Notes: generated from the sequence alone by a model not told the origin. Positions 49,551 to 62,544 are shown, numbered from the stretch's first letter. The stretch is DNA of 64,000 nt from Camelus ferus (GCF_009834535.1 NC_045696.1:72480001-72544000), one strand, 5' to 3'. Numbers and translations: made by a program.

Positions 49551-51896
49551 TTTTTTTTTTTTTTGTAGGGTTTCCTCTGGCCCTGATTCTCAAGTCCTTA
49601 TCTTTGCTGACCCTGTGTTACTGAGGTGCTTCATTTGGAGCTTATGAGGCTGAGATTCCCATAATTTTTTTTTGTTTTGTTTTAAGGAACATAGAGTATA
49701 TATAGAAAATTCTATTCATTTCTTATAACTTTTTAAATTATGCATATATATTATAGAATCTTAGGAAAATACAAGAAAGTAAAAAGGAGCAAAAAAAAAA
49801 AGTGTTTCTATTCCAGCCCAGAGAATATTACTTGGTATTTATTTACTTCAGACTTTAGACAACTCATATCCATATATGCCACACAATTAATTTTTATTTT
49901 TATCATTTTTACTCAATTAGGGTAGTTAAGTAGATATATTATTTTTGCACTTTTTTTGGAAAGAAGATTATTTACATTTACGCAGACAATCCAACTTAAA
50001 CACACAGTTGAACTGGTCCTGACTGGCTATTTCTTTCTACATATTGAGATTTCTGATTATTAAACCCAGTCCTTCATAGGTATATGACTAACTCAAAACC
50101 CTCTGCTCCTAGACTAGCTTTATGCAGCCATAATAAAATCTGGATCTGATGAAATAAACTCAAGAATTGGAGGAGCAAAATTTGAAACGATGATAGTACT
50201 TAAGAGCTGACTACTGTAGGGCATAGTGCTATAGGCTTTACCTGGTTATCTATTTTAATCCTCATAACAATCCAATGTCATACTGTCTAGAGATTGAGAA
50301 AATGTCTTTCATGATATTGGAAACTTGGGTAAATTTAAAATGTGAAGGTGAATTAGGGGAACAGATAAGAGAGTGGGGAGGAGAGAAAGAGAGGGAGAGA
50401 GACTGACAGGTAGAAAAAGAATAAAGTCAAAAAACTGGAAGAATGGAGCTGGTTTTTTGTTTCAACAAAAAGTTATTTAAATCTAGTTCTACAATAAGCT
50501 ATAATGAGCAACAAAATCAAATTGATTGTAACAGGCAGAGTCTCCTTTTATGTTTTTAACATAATTGCTAAATGGGGGAAATTGGACTTCCGTTCAATTG
50601 ATTAGGCTTAATTCTGTGGGAAAGGGTTAAGCAAATTCTTATTTGTTTACATTTCAGTAGTGACATAAAAACGAAATACTGGGCTTCATCCTCCTACTGG
50701 AACGAATTCTATGGCATATGGAATTGATGGTGTAAATGTGTTGAACATTGACACTAACTTGCTTTCCTGAACCCCAGACACCAAATTGCATCTGGAGATA
50801 TAATAAAAAAGGGGGCAAACTGTTTTATGCTTATGAAATTAGATAGATCTTTCAATATATTTCTCACCTTTCATCACTTCTTATTTTATAAGACTTAAAT
50901 TCTCTTTTTCTCCCAAGCTTGACATTATTTTTTTCCACTCCATTGAATGTATAACTGGTCCTCTATTCCACTCAACTCCTCACATTATAAATAAAGAACA
51001 TGGTGTTATTACATTTTAATTGTTGCTTTTTGCATGCTGATTTAATTATATTGTTTTCTCCTTTTTACGAAATCACTTAGAGTCTGCCACCGTAGTTCTT
51101 TTGCCTGCTTTTTCCCTCCAGCTTTCCACAGTGATTATTTTACTAGTGAAATTTGTGACAGCAAACCTTACAACTTCTTTTGTTTTTAAGTCTATAACTC
51201 AGTCCCTTGCTTTCTTGTGGATTTTTTTCCCCCTCCTAGTACACTTTTCCCGAAACCCTCCGTCTGCAGCTTTATGCAGACAGATTGCAGTCTGAGCTTG
51301 GTGATTGAGATCATACCACTCTTGGCCAAGTGTTGTACCATAACAGACAGCTTTGGGTAGAAAGTAGAAGCAGTGGTGAGACAACAGTAAAGACAGACTT
51401 GGCAACGCAAACAATTTCAGAGAAATTTGATTCCTGTGGAGCTACCCTGAAAAGCTAGCTCCGAATGATTTCTTTTACTATTTGCCGAAATGAAATGTTT
51501 GCTGTGAGAAGCTTGTTCCCACCACTAGTGTATGCAGTTGTTTCTCTTTTACAAAGTACATCCCTTCACCAGATTTTAAACAACTTGTTTTATGTTATTT
51601 TTCATGTGGAACTCTGGATCCCAGTATCTCAGAACTCTGCTTTGGGTGGTATTGCTGACATAGCATCTAGAACATGTACAGCTTATACAAGTTCTGGTTT
51701 TTGAATTGCATCTAGATAATAAGGGCCCTCCTCACTTCTAGGAGTATAGAATCATATTTAACTAGGAGTACTGGTTTTGTTTTACTCTGTTAAACAAGAC
51801 AGCTACAGACAGAGGCGAAAGTATGAACAGGAGGAGTTTGTTTTGGAGATTCTAATCTTTGGCCATATTCTTCCTCTGCTGACTCTTTATCTCAGT

Positions 51897-52332
51897 TATG
51901 TTCACTTTCTAGGGCTCCTAATGTATAGTGACAAAGTGCTATACATTGAGTGGCTTAAACAATAGAAACTTATTGTGTCACAATTCTGGAGGCTAGTAGT
52001 CCAAAGTCAAGGTGTCAGCAGGGTTGGTTCCTTCTGAGAGCCGTGTGGGAGGGCTCTGTTCCAGGCCTCTCCCCTTGGCTTGGAGATGAGGTTCTCTCTA
52101 TGTCTTCACTTTGTCCTTGCTCTGTGTGTCTGTCTCTGTGTCCAAATTCCTCCTTTTTACAAGAACACCAGGTATATTAGATTAGAGCCCACTCTGATGA
52201 CCACCTTACCTAATCACATCTGCAATAACCCAATTTCCATATAAGGTGACATCCTGAGGTACTGAGATCAGGACGTCAGTATGTGAATTTGGGTGGGGAG
52301 AGGGGAGCAGACACACAATGCAGCCCATAGCA
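51897..52332 (-). mobile_element. MaLR MLT1 (MLT1B/C-like) solo LTR
   Basis: GTGGCTTAAACAATAGAAACTTATTGTGTCACAATTCTGGAGGCTAG..CAAGGTGTCAGCAGGGTTGGTTCCTTCTGAG..CACATCTGCAA..TGAGGTACTG..CAGCCCATAGCA; flanks TCAGT/TCAGA. Confidence 0.92.
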
Positions 52333-52767
52333 TCAGATTAACATCAGATATCCAGTTTTCTTATTTTTTTCTCTTCCTTCCTCATCACACCAAAGCCTCT
52401 AATACACTCAAAAGAAGGTGATAAATCATAACTTGAGTTGTTACACCTCCCAAGAATACTTACATTCTCTTAAAATCTTAAAGTTTGATAAAACTGGTAG
52501 AAGAGGACATCAAGCAGGGTATATTGTGACTTAATTTAGTTTTTATTAAAATTAATTGAATGCTTAATTAATTAATTTTGCAGGGAAAGGGTCAAATGTA
52601 AGGGATAGGGGGTGTGGTACCTTCCAGGAGATTCTTACTATTTGGCCATTTGACTATTTCACCCAGGCACAGGACTGTCCATAATAGGAGCCTTTCCTCT
52701 ACTGTTCTAAGGGAAGAATGTGGAGTTTGAAAAGTACATGTGGAAATGTGCATTGGAAAGTACAAAG

Positions 52768-52925
52768 CAGTGTTTCTTAATATGTGGACCTTGGACTACC
52801 TGCCTTAGAATCATCATTTAAATTGTAAATTCCAGGGCCCACCTCAGTCCTAAAGAACCAAAATCTCTGAGAGTATTGTCCAGGACCTTTCTAACAAGTA
52901 CCCCAATGAAGTTTGAGAGCTGTTA
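52768..52925. mobile_element. MER5-like hAT-Charlie MITE
   Basis: CAGTGTTTCTTAA.ATGTGGACC..AGAATCA..AATTCCAGGGCCCCACCTCAG..AATCTCTG..AACAAG..AAGTTTGAGA. Confidence 0.7.
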
Positions 52926-53536
52926 CCACAACAAAGTAAGACAGACAGAAGGACCTGTCTGGTTAATTTACAAGCATACCATATACATATGTGAGCATGT
53001 AAATTAGTTTTCTCAATCTTCTCAAATTCCAGAGGCTGGAGTTGGAATCTGTAATTGGTAAGGATTACAATGCTCATCACCCTCTGCTCGGTAAATAAGG
53101 CAGGAAAGACTGCAAAGTTTTGACGACACAGTATTTTCTTTTCATATACGTTCCTGTTCTACAATAAAGAACCTGTGAAGTTGGCTTTCTGACAAAAGAG
53201 AGAAGACCTCGATCCTGAAGAGCAAATGGTTTGGTGGGTGCTGCATCATTTAAAAGTAGAGATGTTCTTTTCCTAATCAACTCAGCCTTAATAATCAGGA
53301 CTACCACAGTATTTGTGATAGATGATAATACAAATTAACATATATAGCAACTATACCTTTTGAATTTCATTTTCCTTTTAACACACATAGACAATATGTA
53401 TTTGTTTTCTCCTTACATAAAATTTCTTTATTTTTGCTCTGGGGTGAAAAAAAATCCCTGAAAACCCCAAGTATTTAGGGAAAAAAAAAAAACAAAACCA
53501 AGAAGCAATTTAGGAAAGATTAAAAGCAATTGTTCT

Positions 53537-53604
53537 GTTACCCTTGGCAACAGAATCTAGATGCAGCCAATCAGCAAAGTTGATATATTGTTTTGACACA
53601 CGTG
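53537..53604. promoter_or_regulatory. Candidate cis-regulatory cluster: RFX X-box, NF-Y CCAAT box and E-box
   Basis: GTTACC-CTT-GGCAAC (53537-53551) fits GTNRCC-N0-3-RGYAAC; AGCCAATCAG (53565-53574); CACGTG (53599-53604). Motif evidence only. Confidence 0.4.
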
Positions 53605-54254
53605 CACATATTTCTAACATAAATAGCAACAGAGACCTAATAACAGTAGGTTTTAAAGCTGGAAACTGATGTCATTTCAAATGTGTCAATCAAAGAGAAC
53701 CTATGAAAGCATTTTTTTCTATCAAGCTGACATTAAATATATGCTGTAATGGCTTCTTAAGTGACGGTAGACTTCTGTCAGGCCATACGGGAGATGCTCA
53801 ATCTATAATTACACTCTTGCTTCTTAGAATCTGTCCTTTAGCACATCTCAAATAAAAAACTTTAATAAGAAAAAGAAATCTGAGTCCTACCGTAAAATTC
53901 ATCTGTTCACATCACCAAAAACGTGTGCTTATAAGAATGAACAAAATTAGACTAGAATTAGCTTGTTTATCCCTAAAATAGATGCATTTCTTTAGTTCCT
54001 GTGTCTGTTGAGTTTATGATCAACTTGTGCCTGTAAATTCTGCTATTTAAAGTCTTTCAAAATTAGCATTTGGATAGAACAATGGGAGGGAATAATAGTA
54101 TTAGGCTGCTCAGAGAACACATAGGATGGCTGGGGTCCAGGACTGATGGCATTTACTGCCCAGTATGAAAAGGGATGGCTAGTGGGTCAGAGTTCACCCT
54201 TTCCTGGATAGTATTAGTAGCAGTATTAGTGAAAAAATAAAAATAAAAACAAAA

Positions 54255-54480
54255 TTAATAACAGGAACTGTTTACTGAGTACTTATATGGGATATGCACT
54301 ATGCCAAAGTGCTTTGTAGACAGTATCTCATCAAATCCTTACAATAACTATAGGAGATAGGAATTACTATCTACAGATGAGGAAGCCAGGATTATTTAGC
54401 CTAGCTTCTGTCATATGGCTGATAAAGAAGTGGCAGAGCTGGGAGGTCTGTCTTGCTGCAAAACTTCTCTTCTAATCCAC
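54255..54480 (-). mobile_element. MIR fragment
   Basis: TTTACTGAGTACTTA..CACTATGCCAAAGTGCTTT..TCTCATCAAATCCTTACAATAAC..TACAGATGAGGAAGCC..AAGTGGCAGAGCTGGGA. Confidence 0.8.
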
Positions 54481-54574
54481 AGTTCATGTGGATTTGCCCA
54501 ACTTCCTGATGAGGCCATCACCTCCTACATGTCAGGAACTTCAGGGTGCCAGTTGTACACTTACAAACTGAACA

Positions 54575-54760
54575 TGATTGCTGCTTTGTCCCTCAACAGA
54601 TGGTTGACCATAGTCAAATTATGTAACTTCTTTGAGCCTCCTTTTCATGGTAAGTACAAAAAGTCCAATGTCTACCTCTCAGAACTACTGTGGGAGTCAC
54701 TGAGATAATGTTTGATGAAGTTCTTGTGCTTGATAAGGGCTTTCAATAAAAATGAGCTTC
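54575..54760 (+). mobile_element. MIR fragment
   Basis: TGACCATAGTCAAATTATGTAACTTCTTTGAGCCTC..TCTACCTCTCAG..GTGGGAG..TGAGATAATG. Confidence 0.6.
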
Positions 54761-54937
54761 CTCTCCTTCTTTCTTTCTTTTTAAATACCTATCCAGCTAA
54801 TTTTCTTAAGAAAGGTACAGCTACAGGCCCAGGTTCAACCCTTGATGCACAGTAAAATCACTGGATGAAGTTTTAAAACTACTGAATCCTGGACTCCAAG
54901 AAATTTTGGTTCACTCAATCCAGGGAAAAGATCAGAT

Positions 54938-54967
54938 ACACACACACAGACACACACACACACACAC
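54938..54967 (+). repeat. Interrupted (AC)n microsatellite
   Basis: AC run with a single AG interruption. Confidence 0.95.
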
Positions 54968-54977
54968 GTGTATATAT

Positions 54978-55825
54978 TACTTTTTCTTTATTAAGGTGAA
55001 ATACACATAAAATAAAATGAACCATTTTGAAGTGAACAATTCAGTGGTATTTAATATATTCCCCATGTTGTGCAACCACCACTTCTACCTAGTGGTTCAC
55101 CCCAAAGGAAAACACTATGCTCATTAAGTAGGTGCTCCCCATTCTCTTCCTCTCCATAGCCCCTGGCAACCATCAATACATGCTCTCTTTCTACAGATGT
55201 GCCTATTCTGGATATTTTGTATAAATGGAATCATGCAATATGTGGCCTTTTGTATCTGGCTTCTTTCACTTAGCATAATGTTTTTGAGGTTCATCTTCGT
55301 TGTATTATGTAGCAGTAATTCATTCCTTTTTATAGCTGAGTAATATTCCATTGCATGGATATACTGTAATTTATTTATCCATTCATCTGTTCATGTCCAT
55401 CTGGACTGTTCTACCTTTTGAGTATTGTGAATAGTGTTTCTATGAATATACATGTACATGTATTTGTTTGAGTATCTGTTTTTAATTCTTTTGTATATAT
55501 ACCAAGGAGTGGAATTGCTGGATCATATGACAATTCTATACATAACTTTTTGAGGAACCTGCAGATTGCTTTCCACAGTGTTGAACCATTTTGTACTCCT
55601 ACCATCAATGTACAGGTGTTCCAGTTTCTCCATGTCCTTGCCAACACTTGGTATTTTCTTTTTTTTTTTTTTTTGTTATAGGCATTCCTAGTGGGTTTGA
55701 AGTTGTATGGTGGTATGTCATTGTGGCTTTGATTTGCATTTCCCTAATGACTAGTGAACATCTGTTCATGTGTTTCTTGGCCACTTGAATATCTATTCTG
55801 TAGAAATGTCTATTCCAGTGTTTTG
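54978..55825 (-). mobile_element. L1MB-like 3' fragment
   Basis: Minus-strand ORFs give L1 ORF2 peptides ([44 protein letters not shown]); 3' UTR AACCATTTTGAAGTGAACAATTCAGTGG..TGTTGTGCAACCA. Confidence 0.93.
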
Positions 55826-56354
55826 TCAGTCACCTGTATTTTTTTAAGATGCCTCTTCTCTCCTGAAGTTGATTCTAATATACAAAGGTTGAGAAGCATC
55901 AGTGACAAAGGGAAAATGAGAAGTAAATATGGGAGAGATGTCATCACTTATTGTTTTTATCATTTGCATGTGGATAAGGAAGCATTGTGCATAATGCTAC
56001 CAACTAAATAGTCTTTCACAAACTCCTGCTATACCTGAAGAATTCAAGCAAAAAGTAGAAAATTGTATAAGTGTGATCAATACATGTTCCATGACTTCAA
56101 GATGGTATTAAAAGTACAATTTTAAAAGGTTTAATCTCATGTTTAATATTTAAAAAAAATCTTACATATATAGAATATCAGTTTCAGGGAGGCCAAAAGA
56201 TTGAACTCTCTTGTTATATTTTATGATTAGGGCACAGATTTTTTTTTCACTTTTAAGAAACTATGACAAGAAAAGGAAAATAATTGTCCTGAGGGCCATA
56301 TTTAGCTGTTGAATTAAGAAAAATACAAGTTACTTGTATCCTTGGTCACCAGTG

Positions 56355-56445
56355 CCCTCTCTCTCATTCTCTCCCTCTCGTTGTGTTTCTCTATTTCTCT
56401 CTCTACCCCTCCTTACCCCTCCTTTTTCTTTCCCTCTTTCTCCTG
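56355..56445 (+). repeat. Polypyrimidine (CT-rich) low-complexity tract
   Basis: ~90 bp dominated by C and T. Confidence 0.8.
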
Positions 56446-59400
56446 TGAACCATAATATGTGACCAATAATACAGAGGCTTATCTGATTCTTAGGCTCTGT
56501 TAAGATGTCCTGTGGTCATTATTGTCAGCTTATTTTAGTGTTAAATTTTTGAAATTCCTGTCCTGAAATTTCCACATTAGAGAAATAAAAAAGAAACCCA
56601 CCAAACAGGTAGCAGATGTCTAGATATCTACTGTTCATTCTCCAACGTGGAAAAGTAGTACTTACAACATAGGGAATGACACTTTCTTGAATGAAAGCAG
56701 TTCCATTAGAATCTCAACCTCAATATCTTTGTTGTCCAGATGTGCTGCAGGTGGTGTTGTCCAGGAGGCCAATCCTGAGTAACACCTGAGAAAAGAAGGG
56801 ACAGGAGAAGGAGTGGTCCACAGGGCCCATCAGACTGTCCCATCAACCTAACAAAGTCTCTGCCAACCCAACAGGGAGCTCTGGAGCCAAGATGGACCAT
56901 CAGAGTCCTGTGTTGCCCTGTGTCCCACTGGACCAAGCCCTGTGTCACTGCCTTGTTCAGTTATTGCTGGCCCAGGGGCCCAGAACAAAGTGTGACCTTG
57001 GCTGCAACACTGAGGCTGCTCCTGAAGGCGCCCACATCTGGAAGCTGTCGGTTCTCCACTCTGCCTGCAGCTGGATAGCAACTACTTTCTTAAAGGGGAT
57101 TCTAACTGGTGCATCTTTGTGTTTACCACAGAATGTTACCTGCTTACTTATAGCTCACATGAGTAATTACAAGTAAGAAGAGAAAAAAGTGCATGTTAGT
57201 TATTTCCTTACCTCTGACCTCACGCTTTCTTTACAAAGCTGGTAGATTTTTACCGAATACGCTAAAAGTTCCTCAGAACTGCACAACTTCCACCCCTGTG
57301 GAATCTAGTCCAGTATTTAATGCACATCTTTTAGACCCATCCTTTTCAGACCTAATTCCAATACCAAACTACTGTTAGAATGCAGTGTCATCTAATAGAT
57401 CTGGAAAGAAAAATCTTAGCGCGGTACTTGGTCCATAGTAGGCGATCAGTAAAAGTTTGTTAAATGAATGGATGAATTCCGTTACATACTGAATCATAGC
57501 AGGACTCGTTTCAGTGTCACACAGTGCCACGGTATAAAGAGCGGTGGCAGAATTACTAATACCAGGATGCCAGAACCAAGTCCGGTTTTAAACTGTTTTG
57601 AGACCTTTGCTCTATTTCAAATATTTGGACCATGACAAAAAACCCACCAAATTCAAAATGCATTTTCTAGGAGAATTTCCCACTTAATTGTAAAACCCCT
57701 GTGTACTTTAAGGAAAATTCAACCCACATGTTCTATTATTTAATTTACACTTGACCATAAGACAGTTGTTTTGAAAGGGCCTGTTGTGTCTTTGTATTTT
57801 TCAGCCATTTTTTCTTAGCAGTAGGAAGTCTTAGGAAGGCAAAACTGAAGAAACCCCCTAATCTGAAACTCTAAGCTTGGTGCACAATCCTGGGCATCCT
57901 GTTTGGGGCTCTAAAGTGGGCAAGGTGATCTGTCCTTTCTTCAGCTTCCATTCTCTGCCCCCAAGGGCTGTGGGCTGTCTGTGAGATTGGGTAGAAACTG
58001 TGTAAGGCTGTGGCAACTCTTTCCTCTCTCTGTTTACTGGGACAAACCCTGTGGCAGTCACAGTAGCTTCCTGAGCTGATGTTCTGTCACAGGAGAAGAA
58101 GCAGGAGGCTGAGGTTCCTTAACAGTCCGTGGTGGTGGAAAAATTCCAGGGGCCCGAAGAACGGCGCTGTTCCTGAGATACACTGAGGCTTGAAAAGAAA
58201 GAAAAGTGAAATGTTAGTCCTGGGCTAATGCTTTGTCAAGGAGCCTGTTCTGAGGTGTAGCCACTTCTTTCAAGGAGGTCCTGGAGCAGGAGGAAGGTCA
58301 GGGATGGGCCTCACTCAAAGTTCAGGCTTAATTAAATATGTGGGAAAGAGTGGGAGAGCAATTAAGTCTAATTTCCACATCTTTCTGAAAAGATACATAA
58401 ATGGCACTACCGATCCTAACCTGGTCATCGTGAGTTTTCTTCACCAACATAAAAGAGATTGAGACAAACGATGTTGTTAAGAAATTTTCACAGTGGAACT
58501 TAACATCAAGCTGAGCACTTGGCTGGGCCTGGTCTTAAACTTTCCCACGAGTGCAGTGGCTTCCAAACACTCAGCTAAACCAAATCTGTGACGCTGGACT
58601 GCGACTCCTCTTCCCTCTTAAGGAGCTGGTGCTCCATTGTGCTCCTTCCCTTGAATTGTGAAGAAGTTTTGAACAGCCCCTTTCTTTGGCTTGGGTACTG
58701 CCTAATACCCCTTCTCTCTTCAGTGAGTGACACCTCTGTCAGCTGACACAGGGTTTGCATTGGGCTGGGGTGGGAGGTCACAGCATTGCAATTACGGGGA
58801 GGCAGCAAAGGTTTCCCACTGGAAACGGCCTGCCCACCTGTTTACGTGTCCCCTTGCACCCACGTGGTCCCAGAGGCTGTGGCTGGAGGATGCTCCGTGG
58901 TGTGAACAGAGCTGCTTGCCTGCCCTATTTGCAAAGTCAAAGTCAGGGAAATAATCTGGGGATTCAGTGTGATGTAGCTTACTTTGCATTGAGAATTTAA
59001 TGCATAAAAGATGGGTCGTCAGTTGTAGTGTTGTTTGTTTCTTTTAATTTTTTCTATTAGACTCTCCATTTTCAAATTGTCAGGGGAGGTATTGGTGAGG
59101 GAGGGGTTAGGCAGGTAAATCACTCCTCCCACCTTGAGTTTTCTTTTGCCTGTCGGGCGCAGAGCCAGCAGTGATGTGGCCAGAGGTAGAAACCATCAGC
59201 CTCCAGCCCACCTCCTAGGGGGAGATGTACACTGAGGCTTTGTGCCGCAGGGGTGGAAAGCACTTCAAAGTAAATTCTATGGGGCCATTTGAAAAGTCAA
59301 TGAGAGAACAAGAAAGAGGGAGAGAGAGAGAGAGAGAACATTATATGCATAAATAGTGGACTGAGCCCTGGGAGTCCACCCACAATCTTGCCTTCCCTCT

Positions 59401-60689
59401 CTTTAGACACTGCCTTTCCCAATGAAGAGAATGAGCACAATGGAACACATTAGAGAGAGAGAGAGATGCAAAGCTACAGAATTAAACACTCACGCTCTTT
59501 TTGATCATTAATAGACATTCCACGGGTTGCTTAGTCTTCTAGGCAGTAACTGGAAATACTAGCTGAAAGTCTGGATGGCATCAAAGCCTCTCTGAAGATT
59601 TGATAAAAATTTGCATCTTTCTACAACTGAGGTAACTTTGTAAAACCAACTGGAAATACTTACGCACAAGAAACACAAATTTCCTCAAATATATTTTTAG
59701 AATGAATAAATCAATCCTGTTTAACATTATCTTAAAAGCCAAAACCTGGGTCAGGAATAAATTCTTTTCTATTTTATTCAACAGATGTTTATATAATTGG
59801 AGGTGAGGAAGTCAAATATATAAGTCAATGACCCTTTACTTTGAGTTCTTCAAGTGTTATTAGTGAATGGAATAAATGCCGAAGAATTTAATTTGGATAT
59901 ATCATTGTGCTGATGTTGTGATAATCAGAAGGGTGAGATGGGTGGGAGACCAGCATCAAAAAGGTGGGGTTCCCCATCTCTACCTCAGAGTCATGGGGGC
60001 CCTGGAATATGCACAAGCACCAAGTATCATCTGCATACTGAATATAACTTAAAAATGCCTGCTATTTGGTGGGATACCTTTTTAGTATTAGAAAGTGTTG
60101 GCATCTTGGAACACTGAAAATCACTGGTACTATTCAAACACCTGCTTCCTTGATCACACTCACTAAATGGACCACCTGAAATAAACCACAGTGGGCTCCA
60201 GAGGTACCTTCTACAGATAATTTTAAAAGGGTCCCCCTAGTTATTGGTGACATTACTCCCAAATTTATCTTATCAAAACATCCTTTGTGTTGACCTTACA
60301 ATGAATGTATTTCAGACCTTGAACGTTGTATTGCACATTCTTTTTCAACTTAATACATAATTGAGATACATAATCAAAATACAAATTCTAATCGCCAGAG
60401 AAGACAGCAGAGATTTGTTATCTCTTTTAAAAAAAGGTTCTTTAGTTTCACAAAAGCCTGTTGACTTGTTGAGATTAGACCTTAATCTGTGGTTTCATCC
60501 ATGGCTGCTCTTTTGGAAAGCACATTTCTTTCTTGAAAAGTTATCCTATATATGGCATCTTATAATGTATGAATGTATTATATCACGTTGTTTCTACTAA
60601 TTCTGCAGTAAAGAAAAGGGGTAGGGTAAATAAAGGGAATTCCATGGTTGTTTTTGAATTCTGGCCTTATCTGTAAGTAGTTACCTTTG

Positions 60690-61135
60690 TCTCTTAGAAT
60701 CACATGCTCTTTCCAATCTGTGTGCCCTTCCTCTTGCATTTCCCATCAAGGACATTTTTTTTTCTCTTTCCCACATGTTTTAATATCATCTCTTCTTTAA
60801 AACAGGCTCAGTGCTCACTAAACCCAATGGCTTTTTCTGATTTATCTTAGGAGGCCATCATCACTCCCAGTTTAACTCCAATTCCTGTAAACGTGCTCAT
60901 GTAAATGTTTTCTTTTAGCTTCAGGTATGTTGGATTTATCTCCCAGAGAGTAGAACCAAGACAGTGAAGCATTTTAATGGAGACATACTTTACCAAAAAT
61001 ACGAGGACATTATTCCTGAAAACCACTAGAATGTAAGCTCTATTAAGTCAGGGAGCTTTGTTTTGTTTGCTCATGATCCAGAGTTCCTCAAACATAGTAG
61101 GTGCTCAGTAAATACTGGTTGACTAAATAAATGTT
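60690..61135 (+). mobile_element. L2 fragments
   Basis: CCACTAGAATGTAAGCTC..CAGGGAGCTTTGTTTTGTT..ACATAGTAGGTGCTCAGTAAATACTGGTTGACTAAATAAATG. Confidence 0.7.
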
Positions 61136-62544
61136 TGTTGTCAATTATAATTGTTCTCTGAACTAACCCTCCAGCAGAATTTCTTTGGGACTGTAAGAAT
61201 CACATGTAACCTCTTGATCCTTCATTTCCCCATTTGTGAAATAGTGATTTTGATCAGGTAGGCAGAAATTATTTATTCTTTGTCCAAAACTGTAGTGACA
61301 AAGTCCTCCAAGCTAGTGTTCTTTGTGCAGAATTCCCCATTCTAAAATCAAAATGCTTCTGGGACAGAGCGTAGCTGCTTTTGTTTTAAACCAGCGTTAA
61401 GATGGTGTTCAGCAGCCACCAGCCCTGCTATGCATTTTCTGGCGCAGTCCTGAAATGACATCACTGACATCACCAGCCCTTTATTATCTGAGCAACTACT
61501 GAATTTAAGTTTTTTTTTTTTTTTTTAATTTTATGGTATTGCTTTTGAAAGGAGGACAAGCAAAGATTACTCGTTAGGGTTTAACCTAAGGAAACTGCAA
61601 AATTATGGCCTGAAAAAATACATCTTTTCCCATTAAGAGATGCAGAGGCCTTGAAAGTTGGGAGAAGGTATTTCCTCAGCATATAATTCCTTTGGAAATA
61701 TTTGGATCAGAAATGGCCATGAATTCACACCTGTAAAATTCCTCTTTCCTTCAAATCCCCATAACTAATTTCTCAATTTATAATTCTGTTTGAATCAGCT
61801 GAAATAAACCACAAGGCAATTGCTTGTCAGGAGTTGCTATACCCATCGAAGGAGAAAAGTATTAAGTTAGGCAGGTGACAGGAAAGACTGGGGAGCTGCA
61901 GACCTATAGACCTGGTTGCCTGAAATCTTTAAAACATGTCAGTTACTTAGGGGATTCTCAGTGGAGACAAGAGAGGGGCAAAGGGGGAAGTAATCAGGTT
62001 GCATTTCTGGGCGGAGTCCCTTCTACTCTAAACCCAACACTCTGAGAACTGAAACTTGGTCCCTTTGCAAGATTAGGCTTCCCAAATTAGCTGTCTTTGG
62101 TGACAGCAAAAATACCTGCCTGTCCACTTAAGCAAGACTCACCACCTGACTGAGAAACCAAAAGCATGGCCCAAGCCCAGAACAGGTGTTTAACGGGGAA
62201 GCTGAAGGGCAGCAGGCTTCCACATGCAGAATCTTTGAGAACATTGCTGTAGGGATTTGGCTGCATGATAGGCTTCTATTACTGTTAAGCAAAATTAAAG
62301 GCAGATTCTGTAATACGGGCACAGAAGCCAATGGAGCCTATTTGCTGGACCGCTTGAAAATCCTGAGTTTTGTTACATTTTCAGAAAGTAGGCATCTCTT
62401 ACTGCCATCAAAACTTGTGGTGAGAAAGGATGTTTAAGTTTTGGTTTGTCAAGATGTTTCCAATATATTGTTGTTATTCTTACCTTTTCTGAAAAATATG
62501 TTTAATATAAACTGTTAGTTTTGTCCCAAATAATATGTGGAATG

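Larger units (their letters stand above)
49036..49592 (+). mobile_element. MLT2-family solo LTR with internal microsatellites
   Basis: Starts TGTGATGGTTAATTTTATG..GGCTGGGCTAA; contains CCTGGTTCTCCAGCTTGCAGATGGCAGATCATGGGACTTCTCAGTCTC; antisense ORF 49169-49405 resembles ORF 14304-14522 of the other MLT2 copy. Confidence 0.9.

Noticed and set aside
51262..51462. Two 7-bp hairpins (GTCTGCA/TGCAGAC and GGAGCTA/TAGCTCC)
   Set aside because: Stems this short are expected by chance, and no miRNA- or snoRNA-like architecture is visible.
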